NCBI GenBank assembly: GCA_963787445.1
Contig: CAWBCT010000005.1
Location: 384,001 to 448,000, forward strand
DNA length: 64,000 nucleotides
From: an uncultured archaeon
GTDB lineage: Archaea; Micrarchaeota; Micrarchaeia; Micrarchaeales; CABMGC01
Direction of reading: 5' to 3'
In this document: positions 39,422 through 49,273 of the stretch, piece by piece
Numbering within the stretch: the stretch's first letter is position 1
Layout: every line of letters starts with the position of its first letter
The notes under the pieces: model-generated
Seen by the model: only the letters and a program-made list of their open reading frames with translations
Told to the model about the DNA's origin: nothing
Databases searched by the model: none
Program-made: the position numbers and the translations under genes

Positions 39422-40448
39422 ACTTTATTATCCTCGCAACAGCTGAGGCCTTATCCCTGCACAGAAGCGCGACGTAGCTGTGGTCATGGTAATCGACCAC
39501 CTCATAGCCCGAAACCTCCGCAATCCTTTTGGCAAACTCGAGTATCTCCTCCTTCTTCGGGGTGTTTTCGTAGGAAAGCCCGCGCTTCTCGTTTCTTGCG
39601 CCTCCGACAAAAGAGAAGCCCTTCACCTCAACGTAATGCGGCCTGCCTATCCTGATAAGCTCTGCATAACCCTCAAAATCAGTCAGGCTAAGCCCCTTCA
39701 CTAGCGTCAGCCTGAAGACCCGCCTTGTCTGAAGGCCTGAAAACACACAGAGGAACTCCAGGAAGTTCTCCCATGTCGCAGTGAGGTTCTTCGGCCGAGT
39801 TATCTTCCCGTAAAGCTCCCTGTTCGGCGCCTGTATCGAGACGTAGAGCTGCGTCGGCATGACCGTTAGGCCCTTCAGCGCATTCACGAGCGTGCCATTG
39901 GTGACGAGAAAGGTACTAATCTTGTACCTGTGGAATTCCGCGAGCAGCTCGTTCATCTTCGGGTAGAAAAGCGGCTCGCCGGTGAGGCTCAGCGCCACGT
40001 GAGCCGGGTCCCGCGACTCCTCCCACCTCTTCTGGTCGACATCGGGATTGCCGCCATAGCCGCTGACGATCTTCCTGTGCTCTTCCACAAGACCCCTGAC
40101 TATCAGCTTCGGGTCGTCCCACTCGCGCATGGCGTTTATCTCGTTCCACCTGAAGCCCTCGTCCTCTGGTATTATCCTCCAGCAGAAGGTGCAGGAGAGG
40201 TTGCAGCCTATCGCGCTGGTCGCCTGGATGCAGCGCCAGCTCTTTATCCCGTAGAACTTGTGCTTGTAGCACGTAGGCCCCCCCTTGAGGCTGCCCGAAG
40301 TATAATTGCAGATCTTCGTTGCTGAGTGCCTTCCGACGAAGTGGTAGCCCTGCTTCTCCATGGTTGCTGCCAGCTCCGCGGGCACATGGGGCTTGCTCGG
40401 GAGTTTTTCCCTTTCAACAAGCAGCTCCTCCGTCTGCGCAGTAGCCAT
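39411..40448 (-). CDS. taw1: 4-demethylwyosine synthase (radical SAM Taw1/TYW1)
   Basis: HSATKIC, CYKHKFYGI, CNLSCTFCWR, SLTGEP, YVEVKG. Confidence 0.95.
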   Translation of the reverse strand: MATAQTEELLVEREKLPSKPHVPAELAATMEKQGYHFVGRHSATKICNYTSGSLKGGPTCYKHKFYGIKSWRCIQATSAIGCNLSCTFCWRIIPEDEGFRWNEINAMREWDDPKLIVRGLVEEHRKIVSGYGGNPDVDQKRWEESRDPAHVALSLTGEPLFYPKMNELLAEFHRYKISTFLVTNGTLVNALKGLTVMPTQLYVSIQAPNRELYGKITRPKNLTATWENFLEFLCVFSGLQTRRVFRLTLVKGLSLTDFEGYAELIRIGRPHYVEVKGFSFVGGARNEKRGLSYENTPKKEEILEFAKRIAEVSGYEVVDYHDHSYVALLCRDKASAVARIIKFEK

Positions 40449-40510
40449 AATAAAACCTGCTTTTTATATTATAGGTAAAGGAATATAAAACAAAACTCAC
40501 GGCAGATACG

Positions 40511-41665
40511 ATGCTCGAACTACGTTATGTATCACGCAACAACCTCTACGCCGAGGACCAGTCAACCAGGGACCTGCTGAAGAAGGGTTTCTTCGGAAAG
40601 CAGGAAGGCGGAAAGCTGAAGCTTAGCATAGACGAGGCCCTGTACCTCATGGACGTGAGGAACGCAAGGTGCCTGGGCAAGGATGGCGAGGTCTCTTTCA
40701 GCGACCTCTCCTCAAAGTTCGCAAACGGGACCAAGTTCATGGCGCGCTACTTCACCTACAGGGACTGGCGGGAGCGAGGCCTTGTCATAAAGGAACCGGA
40801 ATTCGCAGAAGGGGAAGCAGCAAAGCACACAACAAAGTCCTATCCTGCAGGGAAACTGCGGCTTCCGGACTATAAGCTGCACGGCACGTTCTTCAAATCC
40901 GACCTCACCTGCATAATGGAGGAAAGCGAGCACGGGAAGGAGCTGTATGAAAAGTTCTGGCTGGGACAGTACGGCTCTTACAAAGCCGCAGAACGCGGGC
41001 AACTGAACAAGCTCGATGTTTATGAAACCCTCTTCCTATTGGACAAGGGTCTGCTCACGCTAAAAGGGACCACGCGAAAAGCAGTAATCAAAGCAGCAAC
41101 ATCGAGACGCAAGGACTTTCTCAAATTATACGAAGTCTACAGGGACTGGCGCGAAAAGGGGTTCGTAATAAAAACCGGATTCAAGTTCGGCACAAACTTC
41201 CGCGTGTATTTCCCAGGAGCAAGGCCGATAAAAGATGACAACGACTGGGTGCACTCCAAGCACGTCATCCACGTCTTTCCAAAAGAGTCCAAGCTCCTGA
41301 TCTCGGAATGGGCGCGGGCGATACGGGTCGCTCACTCGGTGCGGAAGACCTTCATACTCGCCGTGCCCGGAAATGTGCCGGAGAAGAAAATGAAGGTTGA
41401 TTTCATATTATACCATAGGAGGGGCGGCGAGTCCGAGAATCCCGATAATACCCCGCCGCGCTATGCTATGCTCTCACTCAGCGAGGAGGAGTACATAGGA
41501 GGCAAGGAGTTTGCCGGAGCGATAAAGGAAGCGAAAAGCATGAAACTCGACCTCATTCTTGCAATTGCGGACAGGGAGACGGCCGTGACCTACTACAAGG
41601 TGAGGCAGATAAAACTGCCAGGCAGCGCCTCAGACTACTACGAGATAGACTGGATGCAGCCCTGA
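40511..41665 (+). CDS. endA: tRNA splicing endonuclease, probably the three-unit epsilon2 type
   Basis: repeated EndA units; KTGFKFGTNFRVY, HS, RVAHSVRK catalytic motifs; 384 aa. Confidence 0.92.
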   Translation: MLELRYVSRNNLYAEDQSTRDLLKKGFFGKQEGGKLKLSIDEALYLMDVRNARCLGKDGEVSFSDLSSKFANGTKFMARYFTYRDWRERGLVIKEPEFAEGEAAKHTTKSYPAGKLRLPDYKLHGTFFKSDLTCIMEESEHGKELYEKFWLGQYGSYKAAERGQLNKLDVYETLFLLDKGLLTLKGTTRKAVIKAATSRRKDFLKLYEVYRDWREKGFVIKTGFKFGTNFRVYFPGARPIKDDNDWVHSKHVIHVFPKESKLLISEWARAIRVAHSVRKTFILAVPGNVPEKKMKVDFILYHRRGGESENPDNTPPRYAMLSLSEEEYIGGKEFAGAIKEAKSMKLDLILAIADRETAVTYYKVRQIKLPGSASDYYEIDWMQP

Positions 41666-41709
41666 CCTCCCCTAACAACCTTTATAATAATTAGATACGA
41701 CAGGGATAC

Positions 41710-42603
41710 ATGCGCCAAGAAAATCCACAACCCCGGCTCCAGTCCGCAATGGAGTACCTGATGACCTATGGCTGGACCATACTTATCATCGCAATAGCCC
41801 TCGCAGCGCTATCCACGATTGGAATATTCAACAGCAACTATTTTGCACCGAAGGCGCAGCCCGGCAGCTGCAAGGTTTACAGGCCCATCGGGGCCGGCAG
41901 CACAGCTGGCATTAGTCTGGAAGGTGTCTGCGGTGGAGAACTGCCGCAGTATACGGCACAGTTCAACGGCCAGAACAGCTACATTGGCGTGGGGAACCCA
42001 TCGGCATTACAGCTTCAGTACTTCACTGCGGTTGCGTGGGTTAATATGCCTATAAATTCGGGCAACGGTTTCGCATTTAGTCATGCGCCAATTGGGAGTA
42101 GCGGTTGGGGGATGGGGGTGGGGGCTGGGTCTGTTGGTTTTGATAATGCATGGGTGGCCACCGTCACAACAGCGTCAATTCCCAATGATGGAAATTGGCA
42201 TCAGGTAGGCATTTTTAGAGCTAGCAACAACACCGCTGGTATTATTATTGATGGCAAAATTGTTGGAACAACGACCTACAGCACAACTTTTGGATTTGGT
42301 AATTTTTATATTGGCGACAGAGGCGGCCCGAGTGGCACTTTAGGAAACCCGCCGGGAAACTTTCCGGCACCTTTTAATGGCACAATGGCAAACCTCCAAG
42401 TCTACAACACCGTACTAGCCGCAAACAGTGTCCAGAATCTATATCAGGAAGGTATCGGCGGCGCCCCAATAAACATTCTGAACCTGGTGGCCTGGTGGCC
42501 CCTCAACGGCAATACAACTGATTACTCGGGGAACGGTAACAACGGCGTTCCAGCGAACATTGTGTTCACGGGTTCCTGGACCAACGGATACACAGCCCCT
42601 TAG
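41710..42603 (+). CDS. class III signal peptide (pilin-like) protein with LamG domain
   Basis: RLQSAMEYLMTYGW; AQFNG..SY; LYQEGIGG.P...WWPLNGN. Confidence 0.85.
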   Translation: MRQENPQPRLQSAMEYLMTYGWTILIIAIALAALSTIGIFNSNYFAPKAQPGSCKVYRPIGAGSTAGISLEGVCGGELPQYTAQFNGQNSYIGVGNPSALQLQYFTAVAWVNMPINSGNGFAFSHAPIGSSGWGMGVGAGSVGFDNAWVATVTTASIPNDGNWHQVGIFRASNNTAGIIIDGKIVGTTTYSTTFGFGNFYIGDRGGPSGTLGNPPGNFPAPFNGTMANLQVYNTVLAANSVQNLYQEGIGGAPINILNLVAWWPLNGNTTDYSGNGNNGVPANIVFTGSWTNGYTAP

Positions 42604-43245
42604 GAGGATAAATCGACCGGCCCTTTAGATGGCGGATACCTGGGTGTAAATTACATTGGTCGGCACACCACTATTTCCATTACCGCTGTTATCCCTCGTA
42701 TTTCCATTCAAGGGCCACCACCCAACAAGATTCTGTGAACTGATTGGCACACCTCCGATACCCTCCTGGTATAAATTCTGGACGCTGTTTGTGCTAAGTG
42801 CGGTATTGTAGATCTGGACATTGGAGATGGAACCCTGGAAATAATAACCATTTCCCCCAATGAATTCCGTATTTGAGCTTGTTTCTATGGGGTTCGAGTC
42901 GCTACAAGTCCCTTGAAGTGCTCCATTGACATAGAAGACTCCGCCGGATAAAGTATTATAGGTATAAGTCAACATATACCATGTGTTGGCCGAGAATGGA
43001 GAAGATGCGGTAACAATGCAACTGCCAGAAGCGGAATCAGTAATATATCCTCTGAACTTATTTCCAGATGGTGATTCGTCTATTTTATAAGAATTGTCTA
43101 CAGAAGCAACCTTCTTTACTATTGTTGCATAGATTGACCCAGAAGAGGCGGGAAAGACCCATACAGAAATAGCAATATTAGATGTGGGATTCAAGACGGA
43201 ACTATAAGGCAGTGTGACGTAGCTGCTCACGCCGTTGAACTGTGC
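41956..43245. repeat. 15-bp perfect inverted repeat GCACAGTTCAACGGC (41956-41970 and 43231-43245) at the LamG domain boundaries
   Basis: seen directly; same codon phase in both genes. Confidence 0.8.
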
Positions 43246-43740
43246 TACGATCAGTGTGCTTGGAATTGGGGTGTCTGTGACCGGCTTAACAATAACACTG
43301 CCCTGGGCGTACTCCTGGGCGCCGCTTATGGCGTTTGTGTACTTAATGGCCAGGTTCCCTTCAAATGGCGATTCTGAGTAGTCGGAGAATGCGCTGCCGC
43401 TGGAGGTGTAGCACTGGATTGTTGCAGAGAAGCTGGAACCGTCGGGGATGTATCCCTGTGAAGGGGCCTGGAATATCATGTTTGACACGTTCTGAGAGCA
43501 CCCTATTCCGGTCACGTAAATGGGTGAGGTACCCGTCCACGTAATCTTGACCTGAAGATAGCCGCTGGTGTTCATGAGGTAGCTTGTACAGCTAAATTCA
43601 CTCTGTAGCACGCACTGGGATCCAGCTGCGCCTTGCGGATTGAAGACTCCCAGCTCGTAGAATGCGCCGATCAGCACGGCCAAAATGAGAATCGCCCAGC
43701 CGTAGGCTGTTAGATATTCAACAGCATTCTGCAGCTTCAT
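42625..43740 (-). CDS. class III signal peptide (pilin-like) protein with LamG domain
   Basis: KLQNAVEYLTAYGW; AQFNG..SY; same conserved C-terminus as the neighbouring gene. Confidence 0.85.
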   Translation of the reverse strand: MKLQNAVEYLTAYGWAILILAVLIGAFYELGVFNPQGAAGSQCVLQSEFSCTSYLMNTSGYLQVKITWTGTSPIYVTGIGCSQNVSNMIFQAPSQGYIPDGSSFSATIQCYTSSGSAFSDYSESPFEGNLAIKYTNAISGAQEYAQGSVIVKPVTDTPIPSTLIVAQFNGVSSYVTLPYSSVLNPTSNIAISVWVFPASSGSIYATIVKKVASVDNSYKIDESPSGNKFRGYITDSASGSCIVTASSPFSANTWYMLTYTYNTLSGGVFYVNGALQGTCSDSNPIETSSNTEFIGGNGYYFQGSISNVQIYNTALSTNSVQNLYQEGIGGVPISSQNLVGWWPLNGNTRDNSGNGNSGVPTNVIYTQVSAI

Positions 43741-43865
43741 CAAGACCCCTCTTTGTAATATAAAATGGCAGTTATTAAAATACACCACATTCCAGCGCTA
43801 CGCTTTTTGGACGTGTTTCTGCCAAGTATTTTAGAGCTATGCCGCAAATGTCTAGTGGAGGTCTG

Positions 43866-44939
43866 ATGGCAGTAGACATTGACAGCTATATACGAGAGCG
43901 TGCCAAGGATGTGGACGCCCAGCTACTGTTGCAGATAGACAAGGTTTCATCAGACGCGTTTCTGGAGAGGCTTCTGGGGAAAGCCCGTTACAAGTACAAC
44001 ATCGAGGCCCCTGAGAAGAGCATACTCGACCCTACCTGGTACTTCCTGGGTCTTGGCGGCAAGCGCTGGAGGCCGGTCCTGATGCTTCTTTTCATCGAAG
44101 CGCTTGGAAAGAACCCGGAGGAATACATAGAGTTTTCAACAATTCCAGAGATAATCCACAACTCCACGTTAATACACGATGATCTTGAGGACAACTCACT
44201 CACCAGAAGAGGATCACCAGCAATACATGTGAAGTACGGCGTCGATGTCGCAACAAACCTCGGCGACTTCCTCTTCTTCTTCCCAATGCACATACTCATG
44301 AACAGCAAGAAGCTCTCATCCTCAATGAAGAACAAGGCCTTCAACTACTACCTGCAGGAGATGACCCGCGTAACCATTGGCCAGGCAACCGACATCGCAT
44401 GGCACGCGGGCATGGTTGACGGTAGCAAGATAACCGAGAAGGAGTATCTGCAAATGACAAACGACAAGACCGGCGTGCTCGCTCAGTTCGCGTGCAAGCT
44501 TGCAGGAGTACTGGCAGGCGCAAACAAGAGCACGATAAAGAAGATCGGAAGGTTTGGGGCAAGCATAGGGATCGCCTTCCAGATACAGGACGATCTGCTC
44601 AACATCTACGAAAGCAAGGTCTCCCAGAGCAAGGGCGGGATAGGGGACGACATCTCTGAAGGGAAGATAACCCTGATGGTCATACACGCGTTCAAGAAGG
44701 CGAACGAGACGGACAGGAAACGCCTCCTTGAGATCCTCTCAATGCACACCAAGGACCAGGCACTGATACGGGAGGCAATAGCGATCATAGACAAGTCGGG
44801 CGCCAAGGCCTACTCGGAGGAGGTGGCCCGGAAGATAATAACAGACGCCTGGGACGCTCTCGACCCGATCCTACCTCCCTCCGATGCAAAGGACAAGCTC
44901 AAGGCGTTCGCGGATTTTTCAGTAAGCCGCTCAAGATAG
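43866..44939 (+). CDS. idsA: polyprenyl diphosphate (GGPP) synthase
   Basis: GGKRWRP, HDDLED...RRG, KT, FQIQDDLL. Confidence 0.93.
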   Translation: MAVDIDSYIRERAKDVDAQLLLQIDKVSSDAFLERLLGKARYKYNIEAPEKSILDPTWYFLGLGGKRWRPVLMLLFIEALGKNPEEYIEFSTIPEIIHNSTLIHDDLEDNSLTRRGSPAIHVKYGVDVATNLGDFLFFFPMHILMNSKKLSSSMKNKAFNYYLQEMTRVTIGQATDIAWHAGMVDGSKITEKEYLQMTNDKTGVLAQFACKLAGVLAGANKSTIKKIGRFGASIGIAFQIQDDLLNIYESKVSQSKGGIGDDISEGKITLMVIHAFKKANETDRKRLLEILSMHTKDQALIREAIAIIDKSGAKAYSEEVARKIITDAWDALDPILPPSDAKDKLKAFADFSVSRSR

Positions 44940-44949
44940 GGGCTTTCCA

Positions 44950-45024
44950 TGGGCCCGGTGAGATTTGAACTCACGACATCTGGCTTATAAGACCAGCGCT
45001 CTGACCAGGCTGAGCTACGAGCCC
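44950..45024 (-). tRNA. tRNA-Ile(TAT)
   Basis: cloverleaf GGGCTCG/CGGGCCC; anticodon arm CTGGT-CTTATAA-GCCAG. Confidence 0.93.
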
Positions 45025-45105
45025 ATGTGAATAGAATTAAGCCGCAATAAGATAGATATACGTTATTGTCCCATTATTATCTATATACTTTTTGTAAGTG
45101 TGAAA

Positions 45106-46416
45106 ATGGATCTGGGAGAAGGACTGCGCAAGGCCATAGCAAAGCTACAGGGCGCCACAATCATCGACGCCAAAGTCATACACGAGTTCAACAAGGAGCT
45201 GCAGCGGGCGCTCATAAGCGCCGATGTCGAGCTTAGCCTAGTCTCCCTGCTTACGAAGAAGATCGAAGACGCCGCACTCAAGGAGAAGATCCCGGACGGA
45301 GTCAGCCCGAAGGACTACATAACCAACATGGTCTACGAGGAGCTCGTCAGGCTGATGGGCAAGAGCTACGAGCCCGAGCTGAAGCCAAAGAGGATACTTC
45401 TGGTGGGAATGTACGGCGCAGGAAAGACAACGGCCACTGGGAAACTATCCAAATTCTACCAGGACAGGGGGTTCAGCGTAGGAGTGATCTGCTGCGACGT
45501 CTCAAGGCCAGCCGCCTATGAACAGCTGGAGACCCTTGCAAAGCAGACGAACGCCTCGTTCTTCGGCCTAAGAAATGAGAAGAACGTAAAAAAGATTGTC
45601 AGCGAGGGCCTTAAGGCACTGAAGGACAGGAAGATAATAATCTGCGACTCCAGCGGAAGGAGCGCTTTCGATGCGCAGCTGGTCCAGGAGCTGAAGGACA
45701 TCTCCAACACCTTCAAGCCGGACGAGAAGATGCTGGTGATAAACGCCGACACCGGGCAGGTCGCCGGGAAGCAGGCGCGAGAGTTTAACGATGCAGTGAA
45801 GATCACGGGCGTAATCGTCACTAAGATGGACGGCTCAGGGAAGGGCGGCGGCGCGTTGAGCGCAGTCAGTGCCGCAAATGTCATGATCACGTTCCTTGGG
45901 GTCGGGGAGAAGATGAACGCGCTAGAGCTTTACAGCGCGGACAAGTTCGTGGGCAGGCTTCTAGGCATACCTGACATAGAATCGCTTGTCAAGAACGTGA
46001 ACCAGGCAATCAAAGAGGCGCAGATCAAGCCAGAAGACCTCAACACCGAGCAGCTCAACTTCGACACTTTCTACACGCAGCTCAAGACGATGTCCAAGAT
46101 GGGACCGATGAAGAACATGCTCGGCATGATGGGGATGTCGGATGTGCCAAAGAACGTCATAGAGGAAGGCGAGGGCAAGCTCAGCAAGTACAAGGTGATA
46201 ATCGGGTCGATGACCCCTAAGGAGAGGCGCAGCGGAGAGTTGGTCAAGGACCACAGCAGGCTATCAAGGATAGCGAAGGGCAGCGGAACATCTGAAAAAG
46301 ATGTGCGCCAGCTGCTAAGCGACTTCAACAAGATGAAGAAGTTCTATGAGATGTTCAAGAACGACAGGGGAATGAAGAAGAACCTGTCAAAGCTAATGGG
46401 TGCAGGAGCCCAATAG
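45106..46416 (+). CDS. srp54: signal recognition particle protein Srp54
   Basis: GMYGAGKTT, DSSGR, TKMDG, Met-rich M domain with RIAKGSG. Confidence 0.97.
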   Translation: MDLGEGLRKAIAKLQGATIIDAKVIHEFNKELQRALISADVELSLVSLLTKKIEDAALKEKIPDGVSPKDYITNMVYEELVRLMGKSYEPELKPKRILLVGMYGAGKTTATGKLSKFYQDRGFSVGVICCDVSRPAAYEQLETLAKQTNASFFGLRNEKNVKKIVSEGLKALKDRKIIICDSSGRSAFDAQLVQELKDISNTFKPDEKMLVINADTGQVAGKQAREFNDAVKITGVIVTKMDGSGKGGGALSAVSAANVMITFLGVGEKMNALELYSADKFVGRLLGIPDIESLVKNVNQAIKEAQIKPEDLNTEQLNFDTFYTQLKTMSKMGPMKNMLGMMGMSDVPKNVIEEGEGKLSKYKVIIGSMTPKERRSGELVKDHSRLSRIAKGSGTSEKDVRQLLSDFNKMKKFYEMFKNDRGMKKNLSKLMGAGAQ

Positions 46417-46440
46417 GTCATTGGCACAGGTTGATTGCTT

Positions 46441-47544
46441 ATGCAAGGTCTTGAAGAAAAAATGGAGGAGCTCAAGGAGCAGTACAAGAAGACCAAGTAC
46501 AACAAAGCCACCAACAAGTATCTGGGCCAGCTCAGGAAAAAGATCGCCAATATAAAGAAGGAGATAGCCTCGAAGAAGGGCCCCACCGGAACCGGCTTCG
46601 CGGTAAAGAAAAACGGCGATGCAAGCATCGCTCTTGTCGGCTTTCCAAACACCGGCAAATCCTCTTTTCTAGGTGCCGTAACCGACGCAGAGTCGAAGGT
46701 CGCAGCCTACGCCTTCACAACACTGACCGTAGTACCTGGAATGATGGAGTACAAAGGCGCCAACATACAGGTGCTGGACGTTCCCGGCCTGATAGAGGGG
46801 GCGAGCCTGGGCAAGGGCGGAGGGAAGAAGGTGGTGAGCGTTATACGAGTCGCCGATTTCATCGTGTTCATGGTCGACGTAAACAGCCCCTGGCAGCTTT
46901 ACAAGCTTCTGGACGAGCTGTACGCTTTCGACATAAGGGTGAACACAGGACCGCCGCTCATCCGCGTAGAGAAGAAGAAAGCAGGAGGGACAGAGATTGA
47001 GCCAAACGGCCACAAGATTCCCGACAAGCAGAGCATAATTGCGCTCCTGAGCGAGGCTAAGATCTTCAACTCAAACATCGTGTTCTACCAGGACTCGACC
47101 ATAGAGCAGTTCTGCGACATCCTCGACGACTCGATACTCTACATGAATGCGATAGTCCTGCTCAACAAGATAGACACCGTCGACCCGGCCTACACCAAAG
47201 CGGTAAAGGAGGAGCTCCAGAAGACCACCGGGATGTCCGTGACCCCGATAAGTGCAAGCAAGGAGCTGAACCTTGAGGCGGCAAAGGAGGCGATCTTCAA
47301 GAAGCTGGGCCTCATGCGAATCTACCTCAAGCCAAAGGGCGGTGTTGCGGACATGGTGAAGCCGTTCATAGTCAAGAGCCCGTGCACGGTCCTGCAGGTG
47401 GCAAGGTCATTGCACCCCAAGTCAATAAACAAGTTCCGCCACGCATTCATAACCGGCAAGAGCGCGCGCTTTGAGAACCAGAGGGTGGGCAAGGAGCACA
47501 AGCTGTCGGACGAGGACATACTCACCCTCATCTATGACAAATAG
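46441..47544 (+). CDS. DRG/OBG-family GTPase with TGS domain
   Basis: NKAT, GFPNTGKS, YAFTT, DVPG, NKID, TGS tail. Confidence 0.95.
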   Translation: MQGLEEKMEELKEQYKKTKYNKATNKYLGQLRKKIANIKKEIASKKGPTGTGFAVKKNGDASIALVGFPNTGKSSFLGAVTDAESKVAAYAFTTLTVVPGMMEYKGANIQVLDVPGLIEGASLGKGGGKKVVSVIRVADFIVFMVDVNSPWQLYKLLDELYAFDIRVNTGPPLIRVEKKKAGGTEIEPNGHKIPDKQSIIALLSEAKIFNSNIVFYQDSTIEQFCDILDDSILYMNAIVLLNKIDTVDPAYTKAVKEELQKTTGMSVTPISASKELNLEAAKEAIFKKLGLMRIYLKPKGGVADMVKPFIVKSPCTVLQVARSLHPKSINKFRHAFITGKSARFENQRVGKEHKLSDEDILTLIYDK

Positions 47545-47573
47545 TTAAATGCCTTCAATAGAAACATGATATT

Positions 47574-48071
47574 ATGAAATACTTCGACATTGCCGGCTAC
47601 AAGGTAGACCCCTCGTTAGCCAAGCGCCTGGGCTACGCAAAGATATTTCCCAACGATGAGATCAGCCTTGAAACCAAGCCGATAAACAGAAAGACGCAGT
47701 ACATACTTTACAGCTCGGATCCGAGCCAGGTCCACCGCGCCCTTAAGGACCCCCTGTGCCTGGGCCTTGCGCTCCATGACAACACTCTTGTCAAGAAGTC
47801 CATCGAGCAGCTTAATGACAATGAAAAATGCCTGTTTTTGATAACCTCCAAGCTGATAGGCTCGGAGAGCGGCTCTTCGCTAAGGTCCTTTGGCCGGGCA
47901 AGGCAGCTTCTTGCCTCTGCAAGAAGGTCAGGTGCAAAGGTGGCGCTTGTGACCATGGCCAACGATGCCGCTGATCTGCTCTCCCCGTTGCAGATGCTCG
48001 GGATCGCAAAGCTTCTTGGGGCCGACGACGAGTACGCCAAGAAGATGCTAAACGCCTGGTGCGATGAATGA
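47574..48071 (+). CDS. divergent RNase P subunit Rpp30-like protein
   Basis: C-terminal A..AADLLSP...IAKLLG pattern; coupled to Pop5. Confidence 0.6.
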   Translation: MKYFDIAGYKVDPSLAKRLGYAKIFPNDEISLETKPINRKTQYILYSSDPSQVHRALKDPLCLGLALHDNTLVKKSIEQLNDNEKCLFLITSKLIGSESGSSLRSFGRARQLLASARRSGAKVALVTMANDAADLLSPLQMLGIAKLLGADDEYAKKMLNAWCDE

Positions 48072-48388
48072 TAATGAAACGCAAGCTTAGGTACATACTC
48101 GTCGAGTCGTCTGAGCCTACGGGCGAGGCGGACCACAAGGAGCTCGCCCGGAAACTCGAGGGCCAGCTTGGCCTCTTCGGGCAGCTGGACGCCAATCCCA
48201 GGGTCCTGAAGCAGTTTGACGCCACCCACTTCGCCATAAGGGTCAACAGGGGCGCTGAAGGGAACGTCGTCCTGGCGCTCTGCTTCCTGAAGAGCCTCTC
48301 GGGCAGGAGGATAGGCCTGTACACCCTAAAGACCTCAGGAACCCTCAGGAGCTTCATCCCGTACCTGAGGAAGATAGGCGTCAGATAG
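48068..48388 (+). CDS. RNase P subunit Pop5/Rpp14
   Basis: KRKLRYILVE, LGLFG, TSGTLR. Confidence 0.85.
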   Translation: MIMKRKLRYILVESSEPTGEADHKELARKLEGQLGLFGQLDANPRVLKQFDATHFAIRVNRGAEGNVVLALCFLKSLSGRRIGLYTLKTSGTLRSFIPYLRKIGVR

Positions 48389-48476
48389 GGTTTCTAACAC
48401 AGTGTTAGACTAGGCTTCTGGAAAGGTTAATATATTTTCTGTGACTAAATGTATTGTCTTATTATCGGTGAATGGA

Positions 48477-48845
48477 ATGAACATAAGCGAACTAAAAGCA
48501 GGAGCTACAGGCGTAGAGCTTGAAGCGGACGTGGCAGAGAAGTCAGAGCCTCGTGAAGTGATAACGAAGTACGGCAAGCGCCTGAACGTTGCAAATGCGG
48601 TCCTAAAGGACGACACGGGAAGCATAGCGATCTCCCTTTGGGGCAACGACATAGCGGCTGTCAACGTGGGAGACCATGTTAAGATAACGAACGGATACGT
48701 AAGCGAGTTCCGCGGAAACCCCCAGCTGTCGACAGGCAAGTACGGCAAGATAGAGGTAGTCGGAAAGGGTTCCGGCGCCCCAAGCAAGCCAAAGAAGGCT
48801 GCGGCAGAGGACGAAGAGAGCCTAGAAGACGAAGCTGAGATGTAA
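48477..48845 (+). CDS. ssb: single OB-fold ssDNA-binding protein with acidic tail
   Basis: DDTGSI..SLW, NGYVSEFRG..QL; acidic C-terminus. Confidence 0.9.
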   Translation: MNISELKAGATGVELEADVAEKSEPREVITKYGKRLNVANAVLKDDTGSIAISLWGNDIAAVNVGDHVKITNGYVSEFRGNPQLSTGKYGKIEVVGKGSGAPSKPKKAAAEDEESLEDEAEM

Positions 48846-48912
48846 TTTTCTTTTTTGACTGATGTTGTGCCCGTAAAAGGGCATAACACAAACTATTTTT
48901 ACAGACTTTTAA

Positions 48913-49263
48913 TCAGCAGCGGACGCTTTCGGCCACCGGAGGAAGACCCAGCGCTTCGAGGGTCGCCTCATCTCTCCCGGTTTTGGCAACACTGCGGAGG
49001 GCAGCCTTCAGATAAACCGATAAGGCGACATTGTGGGCCTCTTCAGATCCAAACGCGTCCGAAAGCACGCCCACCAGCGCCTCCCTCACCCGTCGATCTC
49101 CACGTCTAAAAATGTCCAAGATCACCCTGGATGTGCGCTCCGCATCCTCGCGCAACGCCTGCTCCGACCTGGGGCCAGAGCCGATCGCGAGCTCCCTCCT
49201 CAACTTAACCGAAAATTCAGCCACGACGCCTGCCGGTTCCCTTTGCAAAATACGAGCAGCCAT
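48913..49263 (-). CDS. hypothetical protein
   Basis: ATG 11 nt after the beta-CASP gene stop; no motif recognised. Confidence 0.45.
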   Translation of the reverse strand: MAARILQREPAGVVAEFSVKLRRELAIGSGPRSEQALREDAERTSRVILDIFRRGDRRVREALVGVLSDAFGSEEAHNVALSVYLKAALRSVAKTGRDEATLEALGLPPVAESVRC

Positions 49264-49273
49264 GTTATCCCAA

